Source: Hormiphora californensis (taxonomy: Eukaryota; Animalia; Ctenophora). From it: a stretch of 64,000 nucleotides of DNA. Shown piece by piece: positions 27,701 to 39,076 of this stretch (the first letter of the stretch is position 1; each line of letters opens with the position of its first letter). Under the pieces are notes generated by a model. The model was not told the origin of the DNA. It was given only the letters and a program-made list of their open reading frames with translations, and made no database searches. The stretch lies in the NCBI GenBank assembly GCA_020137815.1, contig CM035358.1, forward strand, positions 7,316,001-7,380,000, written 5' to 3'. The position numbers were made by a program, and so were the translations under genes.

Positions 27701-30546
27701 GTCAGTCTCTAACGTCTCCTGTGGAGAGAGGGGGGGGGGGTTAGTAGGAGTACAGGTCAGTCTCTAACGTCTCCTGTGGAATGGGGGGAATAGAGGTTAG
27801 TAGAGGTTAATAAACTTGGAAATGGAGAAGTCTTTTAGGGTGAGTATATTACTTAACATAAACACTAAAATTTACCGGTTCGGGGTTTAGGCTAAGTCGT
27901 ATGGTATCTCTTATGTGCCTGTCCAGAATGTTCAGCAGCCGAACTAACCGATCCTGAACAGTGGGACAGTGTTAGGGAAAATACAATTACACAAATACGA
28001 AGAAAGTTAAAGTTGATAGAACAGGAGAACATCAGAAAGATTCCCCAAACAGAGACAGGTGGACGAACCTGGGGTATACAGTTCATGATTTTCATTTGCT
28101 TCAATTTAGCTGCCTCAGCAGATAGGAGTTCCAGTTTACGGAGTGAGAGAAGGGTTTCAGGAGACGGCTCCCACTCCTCTTCGTCTTTACCAACTGGACA
28201 GGAAATGAGATCTGTTTTAGTTGATGACTACAGGGAAATGCGATGTTTTGGTGAGATAGTTTGAAAAAAATTTACAACTAAAGTGGAGCATCCCAAGATA
28301 CGTTGTCACAGGGGGACGGGGTATAACAGCTGTGGGGGGGGGGGATTTACCGAGTTTGAAGTTTTCAGGGACCATCTCGTCCTCGTGCTCAAAGATAATC
28401 TCAATAAGTTTAGAGAACCGTTTGAAACTAGCAGATTGTAGTGGATCGCTCAAATCATCCTCTATGTGAAGTTGCTGTTTCGCCTGCTCTGCCTCCTTCT
28501 TTTTTCTGTTGGCTCGCTCCACTGGAAATACAATAGTTATGGTCAATGGTGAGGGCAAGAAACAAGAAAATAAACTGGAAATATGGTGGTGAACAAAGGG
28601 TATCAGTGTGTGCAACTAGAGACGGTCTCAACTCAGTTAATTGATTGGTTCAATCGTAACTGCTGATCAGGAAAACCAATTATCTAACTCACATTTAATA
28701 TCCCGAAGTGTCTTAGTCTTCCCGTCATCTCTCTTTATCAAACTAATCTTCTTGGGTTTCACCTCAAAATCTGGGTCTTCTTCCTCAGCTTGGTCCTTTT
28801 CATCCTCGTCCGGAGAATACAGATCTTCATCTGAGGGAGGGAGAGGGGGTTGGGAGAGAAAATATTGAGAAACTTAAGGTCACAACGGGAAGGCTGTGTT
28901 GCGTGTATGATATCTGCAGACAGTAGATGTGATACAGGGACGAAAAGAAATCCTAGAAATTTCCCAGTACCTGTTTCATCCTGCTGCTGCTCCTCTTCAT
29001 TCGCTACAAAATCTTCAGGCTCCTCAGCAGGCTCAGCTATATTCTCAGGTTTTAAATCCTCCAATTTCACAGCTATCTTCTCTCCCTCCTTTTCCTCCTC
29101 CTCATCTATACTAAAATCATCCTTTTTCTGGTGTTTCTTGAGGTTGAATTTGGCAGGTTGTGCTGTACTCTTCTTCATGTTTCGAGGTTTTATCTTTTCA
29201 TCCCCATCCTCTGCAGCCTGTTTCTTGTGAGATAGCAGGTAGTCTAGTTCTTCTGTCTCTATCTGCCGCTGGGATTTCTCTGGTACTGAGGTTTTGTTTT
29301 TGTTCTTTTTTTCCAGGAGGTCATCCACCATGAACGAAGGAGCTTTCGTTGGTGTCTTGGAATCTTTCTGGGGATAGGAAGGAGGAGATTGTCAGCATTC
29401 TAGCGATAGGTTCGCATTGTGTTGAGAACAAAAACAACGTGCGTCCGCGCGCCCTTCGAAAAGATCCTGAGGTATTGAAACGATTGACTTTCAATGGTAG
29501 CGCGCGCAATTCTGCTAGTCCTTTGGGTGTTCTTACAAAATTGTCCCAGACTGAAGGGTTTTGAGCGCGAACCACTAGGAGGCGACAGACACAGAGAGAA
29601 AGAGGTGACAGAGAGACAAGTGACACCCACCTTTCCCTTTGACCCATTAACTGCTGCGGCTCCGTTTACATCTTTCCGGGATTTGTTCCGTGGTGTACCA
29701 GCGATGTTGTTAAAGACTTGGGGTGTTCGTTTTAGAATGGTTTTAACTAGTTGCGGGTAATGCTCTGAGCTGTCTTCAGCCTTATCACGTTGTTCATTCT
29801 TCAGTTCACTGGAAAATAATATCAACATGTTTAAATTGTTAACATTTAACATCATGTTAACATGTTAACGGATTCAAATCTTGAGATGTCACGTGATAGA
29901 AACTAAACTTTAATGTACTATTAATACGTGTTCTATGTCACGTATATTATGTCACGTACATGTGTTGAGTGCTGACGCTGTCGATAGCTTCAGTAACATG
30001 GGTCAGGAGCAGAGCAGAGAACTTGCTGCCCAATAGCTGTGATTTCTCTGTTACCAGCGAACTGAGGGGTGTTAGGACAGTGTGAGAAAGGAGATTAGAA
30101 TTTGGGGATTGACAGCCCCCCCCCCCCCCTATCAGCGGCATCTAAATGTCACTTAGTTCCCTGTTCCGTGTTTCGAAATATTTTGTCTAGACCCGCGGTG
30201 AGAGGGTCGAGCAAAGCAAACTCAGCCCTCAGGTCATAAAAAGGGGACAGCTGCCTCCGCGGTAGAAGCATGGTCCCATTATAGGGTAAGAGAGCGATTG
30301 AATTCCAAATTTAGGGCCACTAACACAGCCGACCGAAGTAACATGCCCCCTGATTATCAATTAGTTGATTAATTAATTGACTAACCTGAATAGCAAGGAC
30401 CGTTCTTGTGTAGAAGGGATGGGGGAGGGGAATGGTAGTTGAGGTAGTACATCACATAGAGAGGTAACACCGCACAGAGATACCCTCTCTAATGTCACCT
30501 TCTCCCCACCTCCCTCTACAGGCTTATCTAGCTTATCGTCCTCCAT
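12816..30546 (-). CDS. NIPBL: Nipped-B-like cohesin loader (SCC2), more than 25 exons
   Basis: First exon MEDDK...VSLCGVTSLCDVLPQLPFPSPIPSTQERSLLF matches the NIPBL N-terminus. Further exons: AYDPVY, QIILDDIFSSLARLPSSKRNFR, LRTKAMKAL, SVREAAVDLIGRFVL...YYPMLSERILD, VRKRVIKILRD, QGLLHPISCI, ADNLA..YQILEEPLFVIH, LLKKHLMAQY. Last exon ends at 12816. Confidence 0.95.
13081..16625. mobile_element. 3.5-kb foldback element in the last NIPBL intron with internal ~300-bp tandem units and a ~21-bp minisatellite
   Basis: Termini TAGTCTGGTGGAAACATGTC / GACATGTTTCCACCAGACTA, with ACAG duplicated at 13077-13080 and 16626-16629. ~800-bp inverted arms. The ctagatacccctctgacc minisatellite flips orientation near 15190. 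Confidence 0.85.
16929..17010 (-). tRNA. tRNA-Ser(AGA), intronic in NIPBL
   Basis: GCGGACGTGGCCGAGTGGTTAAGGCGATTGACTAGAAATCAATTGGGCTCTGCCCGCGTAGGTTCGAATCCTACCGTTCGCG: 82 nt, intact stems, long variable arm, A/B boxes, downstream oligo-T terminator. Confidence 0.96.
17097..18345 (-). mobile_element. Helentron-associated (HINE/DINE-1-like) non-autonomous element, copy 1
   Basis: Terminal hairpin TGCGCTGGCAAGCGCA next to subTIR AAAGGTGACCAC. The other end has an inverted duplication (18026-18090 vs 18280-18345) containing the same subTIR. Internal (ACAT)n and (AG)n. Confidence 0.7.
21921..23015 (-). mobile_element. Helentron-associated element, copy 2 (different subfamily)
   Basis: Same gatcactgcgctggcaagcgcaaagg end and a homologous core. 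Inverted duplication at 22812-22875 vs 22948-23015. Confidence 0.7.
24232..24580. repeat. Intronic minisatellite (gttaacctaccactactagtaacta) containing the splice donor
   Basis: About ten imperfect units. The last overlaps the NIPBL donor TG|GTAGGTTAAC. Confidence 0.85.
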
Positions 30547-30836
30547 TGCATGCCATAGCAGTGTAACAACTACCTTATAGCACTATTATAGAGAGATATG
30601 GGGTGAGATTTGGGGGGGGGTTGAGAGATTGTGGGCGAGATTGGGGGATTTGTATTACTCAGGGGGATATAATGGGTGGGATCAAGGCTAGAAACTTTAT
30701 AATAAACATTGTCTATCAACAGAAAAGAAATACAATAATCTGAAACAAATCAAAATCAAACAAAACCCAACATCAACAACTAAAACAGCTCTAAAACTCT
30801 GCCACTTGAAAACAGCCGACTGTTATTGATTTAACA

Positions 30837-33128
30837 TTAAAACAGCTCCTTCTGAACATATAGCACCATTTTCTCCGCTGCCCCAACCCTCAACACAGGC
30901 ATCTCACTCCCCTCACCACCTCCTCTTATCACATCCACCACACCCCTCTTCTCCTCTCCACCCACTACCACTACAACCACCACTCTGCTTCTATTGATCA
31001 AGTCCAGGGTGACAGTAACCCGGTCCGAGGAGTGAGGGGCATTAACAGATGAGATAAGAAGGAAGTCTGGTGTTGAGTGTAGTGTTGTTGAGGTAGGGAA
31101 CAGCGAGGCAATATGACCATCTGAACCAACACCAAGAATAACAAAATCAAACCTCCGGGCTGGGATATAGGATTCGAATTCTCGTTGGAAATTATCCAGG
31201 TCCCCACAACCTGCCTCTGTGACAGGTAGCAAATGAATTATGACATCATCGCCAATAAAATCTGCAAAATACCGTGTGAGATCGAGAGAATTTCTAAATT
31301 CCTCTTTACACCTCTCATCAATCTGCCAAATGTGAACTTTCCTCTGTCCCTTTTTCAGTTGATCCTTTGAAACTAGAAGGTGCTTGTAAACTCCGAGTAT
31401 TGAACTCCCCCCTGCTATACCAACATGAAAATCATCACCCTCACTATCCTGCAGTAACTGCAACAAATCCCTAACCACATTCCTATAGATATCATCCTCA
31501 CTCAAAGTGGTTAACCTATAACCACCTGCAACCACCGCACCACTGGGTTCTGGGTCAAGGACAGGAAGGTTGCGGGGAACTAAAAACCTTCCAACCACTT
31601 CAACCTCGAGTGTGGTTTTGTCTGGGTGAGTGGTTAGTGGGGTGGGAAGGGATATGATATAGTCCCAGAGGTCCCAAGATGCCAGGGTAGATGGGATAGA
31701 GGGGAGGAGGGATTTAGTTCCTGTTATCACATTATGAAGGAGCACCTCATAGCTGTTATTTGAGATATCAATATCACTAGGTAGAAGGTTGTTACCAGCA
31801 AAACTAATTCTCGGTGGTTTAAAGGATACTTCTAACACACTCCCACTCTTATACACCACCCTTATCTCCTTCCTCTCACTACCCTGTGATTTACCTGAGG
31901 TCAAGATAATTGGAATCCCATTCCATTCTGGGAGTTCAGAAAACAGGAGAACTGATGCAAATGTAGGGGTGTTAGTTGGATGTCCAACGTGTTCCTGGTA
32001 AGAATGGTACTGTCCTGCTACAACTTGGTGTTTATTTGGTCGGGTTAGAGATTGGAGAACCTCAGTTTTATCTCTCCTCCCTCCCCGGGTTAGGACCAAC
32101 AGCGCCAGTTCTGTTACATGGTTCTGAAGCATGTCTCTAAACACCCCACTGGCATCATAATACACTGCCCGACCCTCACAATCGAGAGATTCTAGTAGTG
32201 CCACCTCAATAGAAGACACCTCACTGACAGGGTCTGATAACAAGTTGTGTGAGGTGATTATCTGGGGTAGAAGCTGTGTGATAGATTTACCAAGATAGTG
32301 ATCCACTAGATATATCTCTTCCTCAGCAATTAGACTTTGCAGGGAGGAGAACAGGTCCTCGGCACTGGATTTAGAATATCCAAAGGGTTTTTCCACCGCT
32401 ATACGGGGGTTGCTGCAGTGCTTTGAAATCAGCTGAGCAGTGCTGACAAACGCAGATGGAGGGATGGAGAGATAGAATATTATCTTGTCAGAGGATGGGA
32501 TAGTGGCACAGAATGATTTGAAGTGGTCCTCTGTTTTTAGCTGGAGATACTCAACAGAGGAATGGAATGTAAGACGTTTAGAAAGGATTGCAGAGAGGTA
32601 TTGTTGTGATTGTTCTGATGATGTAGCTACAACTGATTTGATCCAGTCCTCAGCTTTACCAGGATCGTCCACCCAACTATTAAGAACTGATTTGATATTT
32701 GGTAGTCCTGTTTTAACCAACTTCTCACCAGATTTGACCATCCCCGACAACTTGCCAGGCAAAGTCTGCTGCCACCCCATCACTTTACCAACTACTGATT
32801 GAAATCCATCCCTAGGCCTTATCAACTGCCTCCTCTGTTGACCGTGGCACCTCAATCAATTTACCCAACTCCCCAACACTCCTCCATAACTCCTTGTCTA
32901 ACACACCTTTAGGGAACTGTTCTAAGTATCTCATCTAGCATTCTCCCTCCCTCCTCAGGAGACTGCCTGCTCGCACCATATATCCGTAGCCCAGGGGTGT
33001 AGTCATGTATATAGAGCCGACCAGAGGTATTTCCTAGCAAGATCACCAAGACTCCCAAGTAGCACGAAGTGAGTGGTAGAAGAGTGTGCAAGGGATACAA
33101 GGAATAGGAACAATAGGATATATCTCAT
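30837..33128 (-). CDS. H6PD: Hexose-6-phosphate dehydrogenase (signal peptide + G6PD + 6-phosphogluconolactonase); 5' part frameshifted in this sequence
   Basis: ATG 33128 gives MRYILLFLFLVSLAHSS-TTHFVLLGSLGDLARKYLW. Main ORF: IFYLSIPP, VEKPFG, YLVDHYLGK, YYDASGVFRDMLQNH, TPTFAS, WNGIPIILTSGK. 6PGL domain: GIAGGSS, WQIDERC, FDFVILGVGSDGHIASLFP, RVTVTLDLIN. Confidence 0.9.
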
Positions 33129-33390
33129 TTAGAGGGTGCTTAAGGTGGGTGTTTGTGTGGTTAACGTTTTGGAATAATGGGGGTGTTTGACGGGGGTGGA
33201 AGAAAGGAAAACGCAGTTCGTTTGTTTTGCTATAAGAAGAATAAATTAAATTTAAATTACTGTGCTGTCGGTTTAAAAATGTTAAAACAGATCCTCATCC
33301 CATCAAAAGATATCCTCAGTGTGTTTCTTAGAGAAATCCTCATCACGCGGGGGGACTATATCTCTCCCTTCTTCCCATTATCATCCCTGT

Positions 33391-34007
33391 CTAGATGAGT
33401 AGTTTCTCTATGGCTCCATGGATGGTTTGGATCTGGGGTTTCAGCTGGGACCCCTCGTTAACGGTGACAGTAGCGGCAACCACTGCTCGGCTCACTCCGC
33501 AAGCACGACCTGACGAAATATTGGGGTTAGGGTTGCCTGGCTAGATTGTGTTTCGGGCGCCCCGCACCCGAAACTCCTTTACAAATGAAAAGGGAGGGTT
33601 AGAACATAACAAGGTTAGGGATGCGAGATATAGGGGATGAAGTGGTAAGATGGGTAATGGAGGGTCGACGAGGGGTCTATTGATGACATTCTGAGGATTA
33701 TTCTATCTATCAAACTGTTCCTTGAACACTTACCAAGGGCTTGTTTGCTCCGGACGAACACGTAAGGGATGTTCTTGTCCTCACACAGAAGGGGAATGTG
33801 CAGAAGAATCTCAATGGGGTTAGCATCAGCTGCCATGATAACAAACTCTGCAATTCCTCGGTTCAGGCACTTAGTGGACTCGTTAGCACCTTTCTTGACC
33901 TGTTTGTAGTTGACTGCCTGTTGTACCAGATCCAGAATGTTAGTTGTCAGGTTTGAGTCAGCGAGGGGGTAAGCCCTGGGGTTAACGGAATCGTCTCCAG
34001 CCATCAT
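33391..34007 (-). CDS. SNU13: SNU13/NHP2L1 (15.5K kink-turn binding protein), 2 exons, 130 aa
   Basis: Exons 33734-34007 and 33391-33509: [10 protein letters not shown]...[18 protein letters not shown]...[32 protein letters not shown]...IEKLLI. Confidence 0.97.
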
Positions 34008-34646
34008 CTCTCTGCCTAATAAGCTTCACGGAGATCTAAAACAGTTAGCTTAGGTTAATCAATGGTGTTTCAATCAATATTGATATGTCGCTGTCTCGTT
34101 CAAAAACCGATAGCGACCGGCCTAATTCGCAGTTTCCGGCTTTTGGTCAAAATCAAAATTCCAAATAATATCATGGCCGCTCTATTCGTCCCTTACGAGC
34201 CGGGAGCGCACTGCGCAAGAGGGCAAGTCAAAAGAGCCGTCAGCCGCTCAATTCACGACAGAGGACCGAAAAAATCGGTCACTTTCGATTTAAATTTTTT
34301 TTCCGACGTCGCGAACATTTTGTTTTCGAAACTTCAAAAAGTATAAAATCAAACAATTGAGCTTAAATAATTAAGCCGCGCCGCGCGTTTTCTTTGCGCG
34401 TTCAACAAATTAGCGCTGGAAAGTGCCAGGGAATCTTGACCCTTCACCTGTTATGTATTACCCTGTATCCAATGGATGCTCCAAGCTGTGTAGTTATTAA
34501 AACTACAGCTCTAAGTCAAACGAATTTACTAAACAATAACACTTTCTTCAGTGGAAAATGAAAACAAATTCAAACTGATTCAAAATATGCTTCATAATCA
34601 GGCAAATTAGAGTCCATCACTCCATCGATTCTTTAACTGGGCAAAA

Positions 34647-37600
34647 TCAATAATCTTCCGGAGTTTTGTAGTCGAACTTCTTCTCTTTTTTATCTGAAAA
34701 AAGAGGTTTGTGTAACCTGGGTTTTTTTTACTGGGAGTTTAATTTCAATTGGGGATCCGTGATCCGCTGCCATACTGCTAGCCAGAGTCGAAACTTTTCA
34801 GGATCCTGCCCTTCGATTCTTCGAAGCATGAGAAGGGCAGGATGGGAAGGGGTCATCATTGCATCATGCAGCTGATTTGTTACTAACCACAAGTTCGGAC
34901 GGAGCAATAATCCCAGCGATGGAAGAGGTTGGTAGTATAACACCAGATATCATCTTCTGACGCGTCTGGGTTCCTAGATAGGCAGAATTATATTGTTTGG
35001 ATTGAGGGGAGGGGAAGGGTATTTCGGGGGAGAGAAGAGGGGCAATTCACAAGTTTGTAACTGATCTCTATAACGTCCTAAAACAAAATACTCTTAAAAT
35101 TACCTGCATTTGTTGTGATTTCCCACGCTATACTCATGTGGGTGAGGGAAGTTGGAAGCCCAATTCTGGCAGGTGTACCCTCCCACTGTGGTGCTCACAT
35201 CCCCAAGGTATCCAACTCCATCACCACGTGCCTTACAGTCCACGTTCCAAACTAGGGAGATTGTTAAAGGTTGACAAGATACCTAAAACTTTTTGTATAT
35301 CGTCTTATTTTGATTTATCATTAATTTTCAGCATTTTTTCAGAATTTTTTATCGGCTAGAAAAAAATTCGAAATAGGGGGTCTACCGATATTGTCAGCAC
35401 TGGTTTTACTGGGCACACTCACTGCGTCTCGCAAATTGAAATTCACGTTTCCGGTTCCTCAAAAGATAGCTACTTGATCTTAGTTGTGTTGGATTGGTCT
35501 CAATAAGACCTTTCCAACGCTACCAAAACGGTTTCTGTATCTCATCAGGAACCGGAGATATTACATACGGTATCAATTTTTAAATTGCGCCTCTCGTTTA
35601 TCAGTAGACCCCCTATTTTGCACATATTTCTAGCCGACAAAAAATTCTGAAAAAATACTGAAAATTAATGATAAATCAAAATAAGACGATATACGAAAAG
35701 TTTTAGGTATCTTGTCAACCTTTAAAGTGGTTTAGATTTCCAGTGACATATGAGGACAAATATCACACTGTTATTTCCACCATACAAACATAGAGTACCC
35801 CAAGTAAAAGCTTGGATAAAACCATTAAAACCTCTCTTATCTAGGTCTCAGTACGGCCATAATGCCTGCCACAATGACCCCCCCCCCCTACCGCACAGTA
35901 TGGCCATCATGGACATGAAGCACAATATCACATGATGTCTAGACGTGAAGCACAATATGATCGGAGAGAGAGAGAGCTTGATTGATACCACCCACCGAGT
36001 GTTCTATATGCAGTTATGCAATAAATGTATGGTATTTGTGTCTCTCATATTGGTGGTCATCTCATTCTCTCTATGGGACCGGAAATAGGCAAGGAGAGAG
36101 AGACGAGAATGGAGGAGAAAGGGGGACGGATACAGAGAGGGAGGAGATAGAGAGCGAAGAGAGGAGATAGAGAACGAGAAAAAAGCGTCAGCAGCGTTAG
36201 GGGAGCAAGAGCGTCTGAGCTCTCTCTCTAGTCAATTATCTCTATCTCATCTCTCTTCCTCTCTCTAGCCTCTCTCTCTCTCTCTTCTCTTCTCTTCTCC
36301 TCCACATTCTGAATCTCGTTCCATTCAGGACTTCTCAATTCGTGGGCTCACGATTTGCTTGGACCAGTTGATTCTTAAATAACGTTTGATTGTGCATCAA
36401 AAATGCTCATAGATTATGTGAATGATAGCATAAGCCACGATAGCCGATGGCAATATAAACACATTCTGAATCATTCTTGTATATATAAGTCTCTTTGCTA
36501 CTCTGTTGAAATTCACTATTGGAGTTTGGCTCATGTTACTAGGCGTTATTGATGAGAGGAAGCCCGAGACTCTAATTGCTTGAAATGGTAGTGACAGCCT
36601 CATAATTACGACTCAGCGCCCCCCCCCCCCCCCGGCCCGGCCTCTAAAAGTTGACTAAAATTTTACTGAACTCTTACCACAACGGGGCACGGTGCAAGGT
36701 ACAGCTCTAGGGTCAGAGTCTCCACCAATGAAGCAGTAGGGCTCCTTGATTCCCTTCCCAAAGGCTCGGCAATGGTTGTGGTTAGGGTCTGAGGGAGAAA
36801 GAGGGTAATGTTCTTGGTTAACTTGCTCGATTGTTTCAAACCTCATAGGGGATACGTGCAGTTCCCTCTACCAGGAGTCTTGACAAGACGTACCCACATA
36901 GAAGTGGTGGATGGGACCAAGCTCCTAAACTTGACGAATTATACTTACTGTAATCTGGCATGCTAGGTACATCGTTCCAATTCATGCACTTGACCCCATA
37001 TTTAGTTGTATCAGCCGTTCCGACATATCCCTCTCCAACTCCTAGCAGGAATTAGGTTATTAAATCCTAGCAGGAAATAGGTTATTAAATCGTAACCCAA
37101 ATCCACAAGATAAAATTCGAAAATGAACTCCATAAAATATAATTGTGCAGTACTGCAGTGTTAGGTGTACTGCACTAGACACTATAATTGGGTTGAATTA
37201 GAGGTGTATCTTTATCTAATGCCTAACATATAATATCTAAGTGGTGCTTTATCTCTAACCTGTGTGACAAAATACGTTGTTGAACTTTGCCTCAACTACA
37301 GAAACCTCAGATAATTCAAAATCTTTTTCCACGTCCCCTTCCCTCATCTGAAGTTAGCAATCAATAATACAATGTGGAAACAACTCGACATCATGATTCA
37401 GCTGTTCAATAGATATGTATTGAATTTGCATTTAGATCAGATTGAAGAATCAATCTGGGTGAGTTAGATCAGTTTAATTGTACCTCAAATTGGCCGGTAG
37501 ATGTACTGATTTCCCAACTTCCTGACACCGCTCTGATCTTCCCAAGTCCAGCCTCGAATTTCACCTCTGACCGGGTTGCTGACCTGCCGAATCGGGTTTT

Positions 37601-38281
37601 AGTTTAATGAGAGACACCTAGCACTAAAGAGACACGTTTTTACAACTTTTCACTTATTAATGACATTATTTGAAACATTAAGATTCCTACAAACTCATGT
37701 ATGGTAACTCATCATATATCTTCAACTCACAGCCCATTACCATGGTAACCACGGTAACTCACATTACCTGAAGATGTATCTCTCCCCGTTATTCTTCTCC
37801 ACTACTAGTTTAGGTCCAATGCAGTCAGCCTCACTCTCTGAGCTATCAAAGTAGGTGAAGTGGTTGAAAGGACACGGTTTACACTGGGTAGATCCCTCCT
37901 CATCGGCATAGGTTCCCTGAAAATACACAAGAAACATTTAACACTTTAATCAATATCCAATTCATGCACTATAACAGTACTATCCCTGCTTACATTTTTC
38001 CATCCCCCGCCCATAAATATCATTTACCAGCTTTGCTTTAATAGCTGTCTTATCATCTTTCATAGTAAGCTAGCTATAAACTTTATAATAAACGCTGGTA
38101 AAATAAATCTTACCCGGGGACACTTGTAGCAGTATCTACTGTCTACTTCATCTGTAAAGCCTCCCCGGGAACAGGGTATACAGGATCCAGCTGTACTGGT
38201 GTAACTCCCCGCTGGACAGACATCAGCAGAGATGACACCCAGCACAGATAGAGCCAACAGGAGAACTGTAAAAACTGGCAT
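34647..38281 (-). CDS. Secreted protein with Cys-rich (GCC2/GCC3, ephrin-receptor-like) repeats and two kringle domains
   Basis: Signal peptide, then CPAGSY...CIPCSRGGF...CYKCPRGTYADEEGSTQCKPCP. Kringle 1: GEGYVGTADTTKYGVKCMNW...HNHCR...PYCF...CTVPRC. Kringle 2: GVGYLGDVSTTVGGYTCQNW...HNKCRNPD...IWCYTTN...WDYCSVRTC. Stop at 34647. Confidence 0.8.
35268..35721. mobile_element. Kolobok-like MITE (TTAA TSD)
   Basis: TTAA|AGGTTGACAAGATACCTAAAAC ... GTTTTAGGTATCTTGTCAACCT|TTAA, with ~120-bp TIRs. Confidence 0.85.
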
Positions 38282-39023
38282 GGTTTAGTAAAATGATTTT
38301 AGAGTTGTTGTAGTAGTGGTACAGTTAGAGATAGTTTTGTGACAGGTGTGGGTGTGTGAAAATCAAGTCAGGCGAGTGCCAATCGTGTTATAGAGCCGGC
38401 TAGACAATGAGAACAGCAATTCGCTCTCTCTCGTAGTATTCAGCTGCTCTGTGAACAAAGTACAAAAGTGGATCAGGTGAAGGGAGTGGGGGGATGGTCG
38501 AAATGTTGAAGAAATATGGAGCAATATTATCTAATAGTACGATGCCGAAAATAACCTTGTCAATGTCACTACATCAACCTGTCCGCTTGGTAGCTGCTAG
38601 GTCAAGATCTCGATCTAGTGCATGGAGTTCTGCAGAACTCTGAATGTAGAGTTGCGTAAATGTCACTGCAGGTTATGTAATGCAACTGAAGGGTTGATGG
38701 TATATACTTTGGTGGCAACACACATCAAGTTGACACATGCCGTCATGTTTACTACACCATAGTATGATAGTGATACCATTCCCATTTCATCAGGAATTAC
38801 AACCCAATTAAATAAAATTAAATTGAAATTATCCACTGTCTCTGAATTTTAGTAGTCACACCTTCTCAATTGATCTCTATTGTTCATTGATTGATCACAC
38901 ATACTACATACCATGATCGTGGTAGAGTTGCGGAATAGCATCGTGATCGGTGCTGTGTCTTTCTTTTTCTAACAATGTGATCCCCCGCTGAGACGCTCAA
39001 ATATACTAATTGAAATGTTCTCT

Positions 39024-39029
<6 letters not shown>

Positions 39030-39076
<47 letters not shown>

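Noticed and set aside
30837-32855. Bacterial horizontal transfer of an intronless zwf-pgl
   Set aside because: The signal peptide and the KYLW / YLQLKT motifs fit animal H6PD.
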